Origin: Eledone cirrhosa
Taxonomy: Eukaryota
Reading direction: 5' to 3'
Length of the DNA stretch: 64,000 nucleotides
Assembly: GCA_964016885.1 (NCBI GenBank)
Contig: OZ024740.1
Location: 114,328,001-114,392,000, forward strand
The notes below the pieces were generated by a model. It saw nothing but the letters and a program-made list of their open reading frames with translations. It had not been told where the DNA came from and did not search any database. A program made the position numbers and the translations under genes. Shown here piece by piece: positions 49,201 to 64,000 of this stretch (positions are counted from its first letter, which is position 1; the number at the start of each line of letters is the position of its first letter).

Positions 49201-50243
49201 TCAGTGCGAAAATTGTTTTTGTGATCCTTGAGATTTATCCTCGGAGATTTATCCTCTCTATCATAAATCTTTTTAATCTCAATTTCATCCTTAATTTATT
49301 ATTTTTTTCTCCCCATCAACGAACTCATTATTAATACATATTAACTCTTTATTCGCATATATTATCAATTCCTTCAATATACAAACTTTAACTTCACATT
49401 ATTTTTCTCAAATCCTTCTACACACAAACCTTAATAATTTTTCTCGTCGTTAATTTTGAAATTGCCACAATACATACATTTCTTTTTTTGACGTTAGAAT
49501 ATTCATCCACAATTATTATTTTTTTCTCTCTATCTTCATACATAAATTCCCTTCGTTAATTTTCAAATTCCTTTAATTTATACATTATCTTCCAACGGTT
49601 CCCAACCTGTCTATGTTAAAACAATATATCTTTTTCTCAGTTATAAAAACTATCTCTTTCTCTCTATCACCCATCTCTCCCTCTCCACCTTCACTCTCAT
49701 CTCCTCCCCCTTTTTTCATCCTTTCCACACCCCCTCCCTAAATAAAATATTTTTTCCTCACACATATCCTCCCTTCGTTAATTTTCAAAATTTTTAATTT
49801 ATACATTATCTTCCAACGGTTTTCAACCTCTCTATGTAAAACAATATATCTCCTCTCAGTTATAAAAACTATCTCTTTCTCTCTATCACCCATCTCTCCC
49901 TCTCATCTCCTTCCCTTTTCATCCTTTCCACCCCCCTCTCTCTAAATAAAATATTTTTCCCAATATCACACATCAATCTAAAACCACTTTTCATATGTTG
50001 ATTTAAAACTGCACTCTCCACAAGTGTTTTTTAGCCTTCATATCATGTTCTCCTGTTTTATCTGATGAAAATACAAATATTATTGCATGATGATGTTTGT
50101 TTTTGAAATGCGCATAATAAAATACATGGAACTCCTTTAACCATCTTTTGATCTTATATTATGCATACTCCAGTCCTACAAACTGTAGAGTGCTTCTTAT
50201 CCGATATCTGCATTGCTTTATTGTACTACAATAAAACTCACCT

Positions 50244-50246
<3 letters not shown>
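46271..50246. mobile_element. Hydra-like PLE family A: minus-strand RT/EN arm (46271-49251) plus inverted 3' arm (49252-50246)
   Basis: RLIAPSKSDLG, FIQFDIASYYSSIS, YRDDGL, CNCRIKNKCPLNNHCLDKNLIYEC; intact HHRs at 46302-46387 (-) and 50044-50129 (+). Confidence 0.92.
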
Positions 50247-50326
<80 letters not shown>

Positions 50327-51157
50327 CCGTATATATATACAAAGAGATTATCGATTGAAGATAAAAGTAAAAGTGAGGAAGAAAAGTCATTATTTAAAAG
50401 AAGTTTTAATATTTAACGTGATAATGAATTGAAAAGGGTTTCGGAAATCAAGATAGATGGCTTATAGTTAAAGCAGGTGTGCATAATATATTGTTAGTTT
50501 TATAAATGCCTTGAAGCAAATACTTTCATCGCTCTTTGAATCACGAAATTTAAACAGCAAGAAAGTATAACATTTCTCAAAGTTTAAATTACTAAGCTGG
50601 AAACACTTCACACGCAAGGTGTAAAACCATACATTTTATACAACCTTTCTACACACTTTTACTTTATATTGGCCTATTTCGCTTTAATGTTTCTCTGAAG
50701 CTTTCAATAACATAACTTCAATATCTACATTTGAAAAGTGAATGAACTATCCCTCTACCCTCCAAATAAAATCCTACATATATAATTATGGGCGCAGACA
50801 TTGCAGTGTGGTTATCCAGGTCGAGGAATTGCTGGAAATGTTAAAGCAACGAACGATACGTCTTGTGTCATTTTTCCAAGCACATTTCATTCTAAGTTTA
50901 AATCCTACTTTATTCTACTTTTTCTTTTATTTAAAACCATCAATTGGCGTTTGAGGAATTTTCGTGCAGGCCAATCCTATGCGATCATTTGTGTTTGGTC
51001 TGCGATTTGCAGACCCCTCCACCAACGCTTCCAGCACTAGCGGATGCCCTCCAGCAGGCACAAAACAGTAAAAGAATAGTTATTTTGGAGATCATAATAT
51101 AATATATCCTATGATATTTGTATAATTATAATTTATTCAGATTGCTACTCTTACCCG

Positions 51158-51222
<65 letters not shown>

Positions 51223-51527
51223 GAGAGAGAAGAAGAAAAAAGCAATACATATAGTTAGTTTCCAATACCTTGTGCATATGTGTTCAATACTTGTGCCTAC
51301 AGGGTTAAATATTGGAAGCGTTAATATTTAGCGGGCGAGAATATAAGTGTGTTTGAACGAAGAATGAACTCTGATGTAACTTTAACCTTAAAACCCCTCC
51401 TGGGTAATGTACTGAACACTTTTTAGTTTTCTATGGCCTTGAGAACCCATTTTCGGGCGAAACGTACGTAGGTGCTTTTTTATATAAACAGTATTTTAAC
51501 GGTATATTCTCCTCTGTAATCATAAGA

Positions 51528-51568
<41 letters not shown>

Positions 51569-51572
<4 letters not shown>

Positions 51573-52690
51573 TATTTTTCAGTACACTGTATGCTTAATT
51601 AAAAGCATTTCGAAGACCTTACGGTATTGTTTTAGAGAAGTGACAGTCTCACTTATTTTAAATTTTGAGCAAACAGGGGAGATAAAGCTGACAGAGCATA
51701 TATATATCGCTACTTTAGAGCACCAATTCTAATTTTCAGTTACTGCATGACCGGCAACCGCTCTGTATAATCAGTTCCTGATTATTACTAGAATTCTATA
51801 AGAATCAAACATTCATGATTTTCAGCAAACAGGTGGAGTACTTGGCTTTGAAAAGTACCAATCAGTACGAAACAGAGCTCTGTCAGCTTTATCTCCCCTG
51901 TTTGCTGAAAATGTAAACTAATTGAGACTGTCACTACGCTAAAATAATAGCGTAAGGTCTTCGAAATGCTCTTAATGAAGCATACAGTGTATTGCAAAAT
52001 ACACTATATATACATTCGTATATATACGCTATTTCAGAGCACCAATTCTAATTTTCAATTTCTGACTTGACCGGCAACTGCTCTGTATAATCAGTTCCTG
52101 ATTATTACTAGAATTCTATAAGAATCAAACATTCATGATTTTCAGCAAACAGGTGGAGTAGTTGGCTTTGATAAGTACCAATCAGTACGAAACAGAGCTC
52201 TGTCAGCTTTATCTCCCCTGTTTGCTAAAAATTCAAAGTAAGTGAAACTGTCACTACTCTAAAACAATAGCGTAAGGTCCTCGAAATGCTTTTAATTAAG
52301 CATACATTGTATTGCAAAATACACTATATATACATTCATATATATATCGCTATTTTAGAGCACCAATTCTAATTTTCAATTTCTGCTTGACCGGCAACCG
52401 CTCTGTATAATCAGTTCCTGATTATTACTAGAATTCTATAAGAATCAAACATTCATGATTTTCAGCAAACAGGTGGAGTAGTTGGCTTTGATGAGTACCA
52501 ATCTGTACGAAACAGAGCTCTGTCAGCTTTATCTCCCCTGTTTGCTGAAAATTTAAAGTAAGTGAGACTGTCACTACTCTAAAACAATAGCGTAAGGTCC
52601 TCGAAATGCTTTTAATTAAGCATACAGTGTATTGCAAAATACACTATATATACATTCATATATATCGTTATTTCAGAGCACCAATTCTAA
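51569..52690 (+). mobile_element. Retrozyme-like array: three 320-nt tandem monomers, each with an extended type I HHR, preceded by an inverted partial unit (51569-51697)
   Basis: GTC cleavage triplets end at 51884, 52204 and 52524; non-coding; flanked by (TA)n. Confidence 0.88.
52459..52551 (+). ncRNA. Extended type I hammerhead ribozyme (best-preserved array unit)
   Basis: TTTTCAGCAAACAGG-tGGAG-tagtt-GGCT-TTGATGA-GTAC-caatct-GTAC-GAAA-CAGAGCTCTG-TC-AGCT-ttat-CTCC-CCTGTTTGCTGAAAA. Confidence 0.85.
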
Positions 52691-54417
52691 TATATATATA
52701 TATTTATAGTTATTCTTTGGGAGGGTCATCTTGCCAATAAACACGCACAAACACACCTGTTAGTTTCTTTAGACTACAGAATACGGTGTATTTCCGTGTC
52801 TTGCTAGCCTGGGTAAGGCTTACGATAATTCATTTTTTAATTTGTTTGCGAGATTTCTTAACTGAAAGCGTGTGTTTAAAATAGATATTGTTAAAAAACG
52901 TACCTGTTGGTTATAATCGTAGGTATGACCGTGTGATTCACTAGATCACCTCGTTGCCACATGGTATCGGGCTCGTATCAACTATACTCATTTTGGATAA
53001 AATGTCTTCGTCTATTGGCTCACGATGACAAAATTATTGTGAGTACAATTTTGTAGACGGTAACCGTATAGAATCATGCATAACATACACATATGCAAAC
53101 ACACACAATCAAGTATATGGATGTATCTGTGTGCTTGTGCATGTTTACTAGATCAAACCAATTTGCGCTTGAATACGTTTATGTCAAACATACATGTGGT
53201 GATATTGATAGAGGTTAATAATACAACCAACTTACTGAAGTGATTACTGGTATCAATATTATCACATCTATGCCCATGCCTGGCTTTAGTCCAATTACTG
53301 GACATTTTCCAAGTAAATAAGTAAGGAAAATATATATTTTACATAATTATGGTTGAGTCGACATATGGAGAGCACAAATATTGCCTGATTTTTTAAAAGT
53401 AGCAGCGGCATCTCTCTCAAATCCCTCCCTACCATCTCAAAATAAGGACACATTTGATTAGGTAGTCATTGACACACAGTTTCTGAAAAAAGAAAAGCTG
53501 TGATATTAACGATTTTTATGAATGGTTTGTTCAATCAGTTTTAAACTCTGTGTGAAAAGAACAATAACAATTAAAACTTCGTGCATCATCGATATCTTCG
53601 TGATCATTTTAGGCGTCAGTAGTTTAATTAGCAACCAGGTTTTGGGGGAATCCGATCTCACTGGAGAGCGCCTTGATCGAGTGCCTTACAGCACAGCGTT
53701 CGCTAAACGAAAGGATTGTGAGTTAAATCTGGTGTACATAAACGAAGTGGAATTATGTCAGAGAAACAGGTCATATTGTTGGTTTACTGACGTAATCAGT
53801 TACGCGGTTTAACATGAAAAATTTGAGAGGAATACACTCCATTAGAGGCATTTGAGACATGATGCGGATCTAAGCATAAATTTCTCTCTTTCTCTTACCA
53901 AACATGGAGGCTCTGTGAATGATTGTAGGCGTTGCCGGTTCTCCTCTAGCCTGTAAATAAAAGTAAATAAAAGAAAGCACACACCCCCAGGCAAACAAGA
54001 TTTATGTTGATTTATAGTTTATGGCATGTTTAGATTTATATACATAGCCCATATATGTATAAATTTTGTAAACAATAATAATAACTCCGGAGATAACCAT
54101 TAATATGTCATAATTATCTAACTTCCGTCTACGTTTGAGAATGAACCAAACAATCTATTGACAAGTTATATCTAAAACAGAGCAACTAGTTATTGTGAAT
54201 ACCGAACAACAATACGATTCGTGGCTTCTGGCATCGTTTGTCAGCTAAATGTTGATATCAGCATACACTGTCACATAATATCTAAGTTGCAAGGTAATTG
54301 AATGTGGTGGGCGCGTGTGTGTATTAGCATGTGATTCTTTGTAGCCACATGTATCGTCTGATTGTCATACCCGATGGAAAATCTAAACCATCATTGATTA
54401 TACACACACACACCAAA

Positions 54418-54468
<51 letters not shown>

Positions 54469-56399
54469 CCACACACACACACACACCCACACACACACAC
54501 ACACACGCACATCTCAGACGACACCTTTCTTTTACCTGAACAGCCGTGCAAAGTGCTGGACACAACTGACTGGTAACAACCAGCACTCGCTCGTCTCGGC
54601 CCGTCAACGACCGAATTGTGGTTTTGTTACCTACCACGCCACATGTCTGTCAACCAGGCCCATCGAACAACTTTCCTTCCTTCATTTCTTAGAACACGCG
54701 CCTTAGCTCTGACAATGCAACTTTCATGTTCGCATTGCAGAAGTGCTCTGGTTGCATCCTCGCAGTTAACATATCGTTGACAATGCCACAACCAATTGCC
54801 CCTTCTAATTTAGCTTCTAACTCTTTCTTCACAGCACTTCTACAGTGGAGCCATTTTCAGGCCAACTAAAAGATGCATAAATCTCATAGTCGTCGAAAAT
54901 GGGGGTTAGTGCTCGCGTATAAAAAAAATCCTGGTCTCTCTCTGACGGCAGTCACATCTATATCTAGTGACCTGATGTAGTTTAGCAAGCGACCTCGCTT
55001 CTAGGATCACCCCCATGGATCCTACTCTTATGAAGGCCACATTGCCTAGTTAAAGAGTATGAAGATGGAAAGCGGGTGGTTTGATCTCCATATTTGGTGG
55101 GTTTTCCTTTGGGAATCCCTTTAAATTATATTGGTTGCTCTTACAAGAGGTCCCGCGTCAAATATGTTTATTGGTAGATATGAACATCGCATGCGATCAT
55201 AATATCGCGGCAAATGAATTTGACAAGCTCTGAATATATAAAGATTCTCAGATGGAAACTGAAAATATATGGCATCTGAGGATGTTCATAATTCCAGTGA
55301 TTGTAGGAGCAAAAATAGTGATTAAAAAAGGACAGAGAGTTATTTTAGAATGATCCCAGACTTGCCATTACTGCAAGATGGGCAAAAATATTCTAACTGG
55401 TACAGCACACTTATTGAGAAGTGCAACATCGCTGTAACAAAGATAATGATGTTTGTAATTATTTTTACATAACTTTGTTAGATTATATATATTCCATATT
55501 TTTAGGTTGTAAATAACTCAAGACGCTTAAATGATTGCCTATAATTCAGTTGTAAATATGGTCTTAAACAGATAATGTGCACATCTGTAAAGCAAATGAT
55601 ATACTTGTAACTGTGTAAAGTGCATAACGTGAACAGTCTGGTGTATTTGTTTTGGTGGATTATCACTGTATACAGCGAGGTTCTCTGTCCTAGGTTTCGG
55701 TACGTTACTTGGCAAGAAAAAGAAATAAAACAAGATTTTCTTTATTAACCGCACATAAAAAACCGTACACACTTCAACATAAAGGATATAATCCACACGG
55801 AGCTAGTGAAAAGAATGTATATATAACGAGTGTAGAAGCAAGGATCTTAAATTATCGACAAACAAAATTTGATAAAATTAAATAAGTATAAAAGTAATAC
55901 AAAAAATCATTTAGTTTTATGCATCCCCAATGGGTGGAAACCCACAAGATAAGTTGAATCAGAACACCTTATGAATGTAAACCCCGTATTTATTTATCTT
56001 TCTGGAGAATTCGAATATTTAGTGTAGATATTTATTGCAGATAAAAGAAAATAACTTAAATAAACGACTGATAAGTTTCAAAAAGCCAGGTCAATGTGTA
56101 GAAATATATAAAGGCAAAGATGACAAATGAAACAAAACAAAGTAACGGTTTAACCAGTATATTTCAGCATGATAGAGCTATACCCCCTTTTCAAATGTGA
56201 AGCAACCACGTTTCAAAACAATGCTCGATGTGTTTTTCCTTAACTGATCTACGTGTCTGAAATTTCAAAATTAATTGCCTGCTGTATTCTAGGCAGCTTA
56301 ACCCTGTTTCCTTGCAACTACAAGCCTGAATTTATAAATAAATAAGCACACAGAACCCGACAGAACCTCACAACACACACACATTTATATATATATATA

Positions 56400-56454
<55 letters not shown>

Positions 56455-56471
56455 AATTGTATATAACCATA

Positions 56472-56514
<43 letters not shown>

Positions 56515-56531
56515 GCATATATATATATATA

Positions 56532-56604
<73 letters not shown>

Positions 56605-57012
56605 GCACTAATTCCATTTGCATGAATGTAGCTTTCTTGTCATTTTCTCCCCATGTCAGAGGCTATGTTTGAGATTACCGTGATGTATGTACGTTTGAGA
56701 ATTTTCTTAGCATGTAATAATGTGGAAACAATTTTTTGTGGGTGTTATCAGAACGCCCACTGAATATTAAAATCGACACAAGAAAGCAATCATACGGAAT
56801 GGTCAAAGAAAGTAGCAGCAGCTCTCAAAGTGTGTTTTAAGATTTACGAATGAATGGAAACTGTAAATTAGCAAAAAATTCCTGCTTCTGCAAGAATCGT
56901 TTAGAAAATATTTGAGACGCTGGAAAGGTTTTTGAAGCAAGGAATGTTAAACAAATTCATATATACACGACACAAGAACACGGTGACATATATATATATA
57001 GCTCCAATTCTA

Positions 57013-57098
<86 letters not shown>

Positions 57099-57102
57099 AC
57101 TC

Positions 57103-57221
<119 letters not shown>

Positions 57222-57225
57222 ACTC

Positions 57226-57341
<116 letters not shown>

Positions 57342-57899
57342 CTCAGACATATATATATAGGAGGGTGAAGGGGGAAGAGGCAAGGTAGAAAAGGCAAGGA
57401 CATACGAGTAAGTGGTACGTGATAATAATATATAGAGAGTGAGATGGAGTGATAGGAGGAGAGGGAAAGAGGAGAGAGTGAAAAGGAGTCAAAGAAACTA
57501 ATCAAACGGATGGATGAACTTGACTAGTTTAGCCTGAAATAAATAGCTAAATAGATGTCGACACGTAGACTAAATTCTTTATTGCTATATAGTAAGTTTT
57601 AATCATGTACGCAAGCTGTAGGATATGAATTACTCTGAAAGGCAGCATATATACTGTGAAGAGAGTTGAAATAATATATTGTTATTGAGTTAGTAGCGAG
57701 CTAATTAGGTGAAGAATGAAACAAATTGAAATCGAGTAAGTAAAAGGTAAACTATTAGGTACAAAACATTTACTGAAACATTAGTTGTGAAAAGAAATGG
57801 AAAAAGTATCTGGTAAATCATAACATACACACAAACACACATATATAAATGCATATCTAAATATATATCTATATATAAACAAAGCGGAGATCTATGAAA

Positions 57900-59106
57900 A
57901 ATGGATTAACTCATCCCCAGTAATAATCCCCGGAAACTACATATTAAATATATCCCAAACGAACCAGAGATACAAAGACGCCTCAGGGAAAGAATGGCAC
58001 TTGATGACATAAAAACCGAAATTGAACTCCTTAAATTGAGAGCCCAAGCAAATGAAGATAGGATCAAATCAATCGACGATGAGATTAATCTAGCAATTAT
58101 GAATATAACCAAAGACACCACCCTAGAAAATATTTCAAAATTATGGTTAGAGGACTGTAATAAGGAAGAATTAAAATCCCTTCAACGCTGGGAAATAAAC
58201 GAAACCTGGTTCTCTAACTATGAAACACTTTTCCAAAAAGAACACACATCCAAGAACCCCTTCATTAAAACCATCATAACAAGGAAACTCAATCAACACC
58301 CAAACACCACACAACAACCAACAACAACAAAAAAACAATACCTCCCACATACCAACAAAAGAAGGCATCACCTCTCCCCTACCTCCTACACCACATAGCT
58401 ACCACACGGACTCCCAAGCAACAAATATAGTAATAGAGAAACATCAGCTGCAAGATAGACACTACAACTTCTCTCCTACCAGGAGAAACCATAAAATCCC
58501 CCACACTTACAACCCCCTAACATCCCCACACAACAAACCCACAACCATCATTACTTCCAACATAGAACCCAAAATACACAACTACCACACATGTCACACA
58601 GGGCCTCACAACCACACACCAGCTATAAGGAAACCCTAATCTTCCCTCCGCCACTAACCACATCCTACTACAACAACACCAGCAGAGGACAATACAACCA
58701 CACGAGACACCCTAACCACTACAACCACCATAGTTACACACTATATAACAGCAACAACAGGACTCAATATGACCACACAAGACAACCCTACTACAACTAC
58801 GACCAAGTCTACACACCCTACAACAACAGCAGTGCTCAACACAACCATACGATACAACCCAACTTCAACAAGCACCACAACTTAACACCCTATAACCACG
58901 TCCATCAAATTTACACACCCTACAACAACATCAGCAGGGCTCAATACAACCACACGATACAACCAAAACTCAACAACCACCACAGCTACACACCATCTTA
59001 CAACAACAGCAGGGGACAATACAACTATAAGAGACATCCAAACTTCAACAGCCATCACAACTTCCGTAATCATTTTTTAGACACAGCATTACAAGATAAC
59101 ACATAA
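57900..59106 (+). pseudogene. PLE ORF1: coiled-coil N-terminal part plus N/H/Y/Q-rich 25-aa repeats
   Basis: ALDDIKTEIELLKLRAQANEDRIKSIDDEI heptad-like segment; YNN.SR.QYNHT..P..N repeats at 58667-59060. Confidence 0.55.
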
Positions 59107-59135
59107 CACACAGGACACAAAATGCAATAAAAATT

Positions 59136-61453
59136 GTGAATTTAACCTCTAAAGAATTAACAATAGACCAAATCAACATACTCTCCAAACGTCTAAAATT
59201 TACACCAACTCCCCTACAACCAAACTACCCCGAAATGAAGGAAGATATTGCAGAATTCTGTAGAAAACTAAGACCCAGCGAACAACTATACGACAAATAC
59301 AATGAGGATGACTCAATAGCCAGAAATAGAAGCAACTACACCCCACCAAAAGGCAAGAATAAATTCCTCGATCAATTCTGCGAACACATTACTAATTACC
59401 CATACCACCACCTACACAGACATAAACAAAAACCAAACCTAAGCAAAAAAGAATGGAATGGTCTTAATAGTTTAAAAAACGACAAAACCCTAACAATCAA
59501 AGAGGCAGATAAAGGGAGTACAGTAGTCCTTATGGAGACAGATTATTACACAACTCTAGTACTCTCAACTCTAGAAAACCAAACATATTATGAACAGGCC
59601 CAACACTGAACAAAACAGAAAATAATGAGAAACCTAAAATCCCTAACAACCCTTTACAAAGAAGGCCTTACAAACAAGGAATACAACTACATCACCAATT
59701 TCAAAAGCAGAACCAGCCTCTTCTACGGTATCCCAAAGACACACAAAAGCGAAGTAATAGGCAGGGCCTGCAAGCAAGCCACAGACGTTTACATCAATAT
59801 AGCCCCTCCTGATGACCTTAAATTAAGACCCATAATAGCAGGCACCACATGTGAAACCCACCGCCTAAGCAACTTCCTACATATTCTGCTTAAACCTTTC
59901 CTAAAACACATAAAAAGCTTCATAAGGAACGACCTTGACATGCTCAGCCACCTCCCGACAACACTCAATAATGAAAATACCCTACTAGCAACCTTTGATG
60001 TCATCAATTTATATTCCAATATCCCACACAGCCTAGGTATAGAGGCAATACAATTCTGGATTGAAAATTTCCCTAGTGAAATCCCACAGCGCATCCCTAA
60101 AGAATTTGTGTTGGAGGGACTCAAATTGATCTTGGAAAATAATTTCTTCGAATTCAATGCTAAATACTACAGACAGAAATCTGGAACTGCCATGGGCACG
60201 AAAGTGGCCCCTCATACGCCAACCTTGTCATGGGATATTTGGAAACCACTCTCTACCGCAAAGTTCTAGATAAATACGGCAACCACTTCTACCAACACAG
60301 AAAAGAACTGGAAGAGATATCTGGACGACTGCTTCATCCTCTGGCATGAAAGTATAGATAGACTGTTTGAGTTTAAAACCCTTCTGAATGGACTCAACAC
60401 AAACTTACAATTCACAATGGATTACAGCCATGAACAACTCCCTTTCCTCGACATCCTCATCAAGAAAACAAGCAACAAAATAGAAACAGACATATACTAC
60501 AAACCCACAGACAACAAACAATACCTTCCATTCAACTCGTGCCACCCTAGACACACCAAAATGGCAATTCCTTATAACCTAACCAGAAGGATCTGCACAA
60601 TAGTTTCAGATAAATACACATGCTACACACGACTAGAAGAATTAAAAAACACACTTATCAGCAGAAACTACCCACCATCGCTAGTCACCAATGTCTTCCA
60701 ACGTGCCCTAAAACAAGACATCCAAAAACTCAGACACCCCAAACCCAAGAATGAACCGCAACAAAAAACTCCACACACAACCCCTTCAACAATGAGGCAT
60801 TCGACACCATCCTCCAGAACATTCCTTTACTAAAAAGAGACACAAGAATGAACAAAGTCCTCCAAAAACACAACGTCATAAAGAGCAAAAGACAACCTAA
60901 ATCCATAAAAAACATCCTCACACAAGTCAAAATCCAACAAACCCTCACAATGAACCCTACAGTAACAAAATGTGGAAGGCCCAACTGTGGCATATGCATA
61001 AATCTAATAGACGGTTCAACATTCCATTTTAAACAAGGACAGTGTTTCACAGTTAAACACAACTTTACATGTGCATCTGAAAACCTAATCTATGTTTTGA
61101 CCCGCTCAGGTTGTCAAGAGCACTACAAAGGACAGACAAAAAACAGCCTCAGTCAACGTATGACCATCTATAAATCACAAATTAAAATACAGGAATACAG
61201 AAAGATTCCATTTAGTGAACATATCGCCAATTGTGCTAACAACCAACATCCAAACTTAAAAATTTTTCCCGTTCACAAATTCATAGACAACGCTACTTTC
61301 ATCCAACGTACCAATAAGGAAACATATTTCATTAACAAATTCCAACCTCTACTTAATGCTCTAAAAATCGGACCAATCAAAAACTTCTACAAACAATCAA
61401 ACATTTACAAGAGTTACCCCCTCACACATTACCTAATCCTTTTTCTTAAATAA
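59136..61453 (+). pseudogene. PLE reverse transcriptase plus GIY-YIG endonuclease (four ORF pieces)
   Basis: ORFs 59136-59609, 59625-60269, 60417-60833 and 60848-61453 carry consecutive RT and EN motifs. Confidence 0.9.
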
Positions 61454-62025
61454 ATTAAATATCATGCAGCAAGAATTACTTCCCCTGCATATTAACTCTC
61501 TAAAATGGGAAATCATATCAAACCTCAGTCCACCATTTGCCTCCATCATGGAATCATTGATCAACTAAGCACTCTTGCTATGTTAACAAATTTAGATCTG
61601 CTTAACTTCAATAACTGTGCGTGTAAATAACATTATTTTCTTCCACATTGACTTTTTATGCTCTACATTATACACGTTTGTTTTTGTTTTTTTTTCCTTT
61701 TCCTTTTTCTTTTTTCTTTTCACTTCATAAATCTTGTTTGTAAATAACATTATTCTTTGTGCACCTTCTGTTTAAAATGAGCGACACTACACTAATACAT
61801 TTCAGTATCATTAGATAATGCATAAAAATGCCGAAACCGGTAATAGACAATTATTACATATATAAATAGATAAATAAATGCCATTGTTAAATAATAAATA
61901 AATCAACTAATCCCTTAAAACTTCACACAAAGTAAAACATTTCGTTTTTATCATTTTCTAACCCAGAAAAAAGAGAGAGAGGAAAAAAATATTTTTCTTC
62001 CTATTAATCGTCTCTTTCTCCATGT

Positions 62026-62204
<179 letters not shown>

Positions 62205-62233
62205 TATGTATATGTACATATATACATACATAC

Positions 62234-62264
<31 letters not shown>

Positions 62265-62272
62265 AATACATA

Positions 62273-63399
<1,127 letters not shown>

Positions 63400-63435
63400 G
63401 TATATATATATATTGTTATATATATATATAAATTG

Positions 63436-63465
<30 letters not shown>

Positions 63466-63467
<2 letters not shown>

Positions 63468-63647
63468 CAAAGGAATTGTGGTAAGGAACCAGATGGACCA
63501 GAACGCACCAGAGTACTCAATACTTAGGGTATAGAGTTAGAAATTGGGAAATAGGAAAAAGTATGTCCCCGACGGCAGAGCTCAAGCCGTCTAGAAATAG
63601 CCGTCGAAACGGCTTGAGCTCTGCAGTCGGGGTCATACTTTTTCCTA
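63466..63647. mobile_element. ORF-less palindromic mini-derivative of PLE family C termini
   Basis: Same tail and AGCCGTCGAAACGGCT motif as 31040-31170. Confidence 0.8.
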
Positions 63648-64000
63648 TATATATATATATATATATATAGGGGTTTTCTCCCCTTAGAACCTCACATGTG
63701 CTTTCATGCCCTGTGAGATTCTGGCGCACGAAGAACAAAATGCCTGTTGAGAAAGCGATTACTTGTTCGATCATTATATCAAAAGCTAATTATTTTTTAT
63801 AAGCAGACAGTATTATTGATTTAAGTGTCACAGAAACCCAATATCGGAGTATTCCATCTTCCCCGAGGGTCCGGGTAACTATTTCAATCATATCTTATTT
63901 TGTTTGACCCGTTTACCTTGTTCGCTTTTTTGGCTCAGATGGTTAATGGCTTCTTTACCATCGTCTCAGTTTGTTTGACCTTCTTAACTTATGTTTAAAG

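Larger units (their letters stand above)
57890..61950 (+). mobile_element. Neptune-like PLE, near full length but frameshifted, with upstream ORF1
   Basis: IVNLTSKELT, IKEADKGS, FYGIPKTHK, LRPII, FDVINLYSNIPH, GTAMGTKVAP, WKRYLDDC, FLDI, YYKPTD, CGRPNCGIC, FTCASENLIY...YKGQT. Degenerate HHR at about 61809-61848. Confidence 0.9.

Noticed and set aside
53500-55500. Higher-complexity sequence that might hold host exons (also 18700-18920 and 50950-51060)
   Set aside because: No sustained ORF or recognisable protein motif. Small exons cannot be excluded without RNA-seq.

Overview
This is a eukaryotic, very AT-rich, microsatellite-laden window with abundant (TA)n, (CA)n, (GA)n and (TAA)n tracts and no recognisable host gene. 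Most ORFs in the track are microsatellite artefacts. The SINE sequences and repeat content suggest an octopod cephalopod (inference from remembered motifs, not a search). The window is dominated by decayed Penelope-like retroelements (PLEs; RT plus C-terminal GIY-YIG) of at least three types: Hydra-like, Nematis-like and Neptune-like. Most sit in (TA)n as inverted, 3'-ends-outward structures with a one-sided tail. It also holds a complete non-autonomous Helitron, an R4/Dong-like LINE in (TAA)n, RTE LINE fragments and about 14 tRNA-derived SINE copies. The main signal is a high density of type I hammerhead ribozyme (HHR) motifs from many unrelated families. These include a non-coding array of three exact 320-nt tandem monomers, each with an extended HHR (retrozyme-like, 51569-52690), and a diverged relative at 35665-36042. 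A Neptune-like PLE has a coiled-coil/repeat ORF1 joined to its RT frame by a U-UUU-UUA heptamer in -1 register. All folds and clade calls were made by eye.
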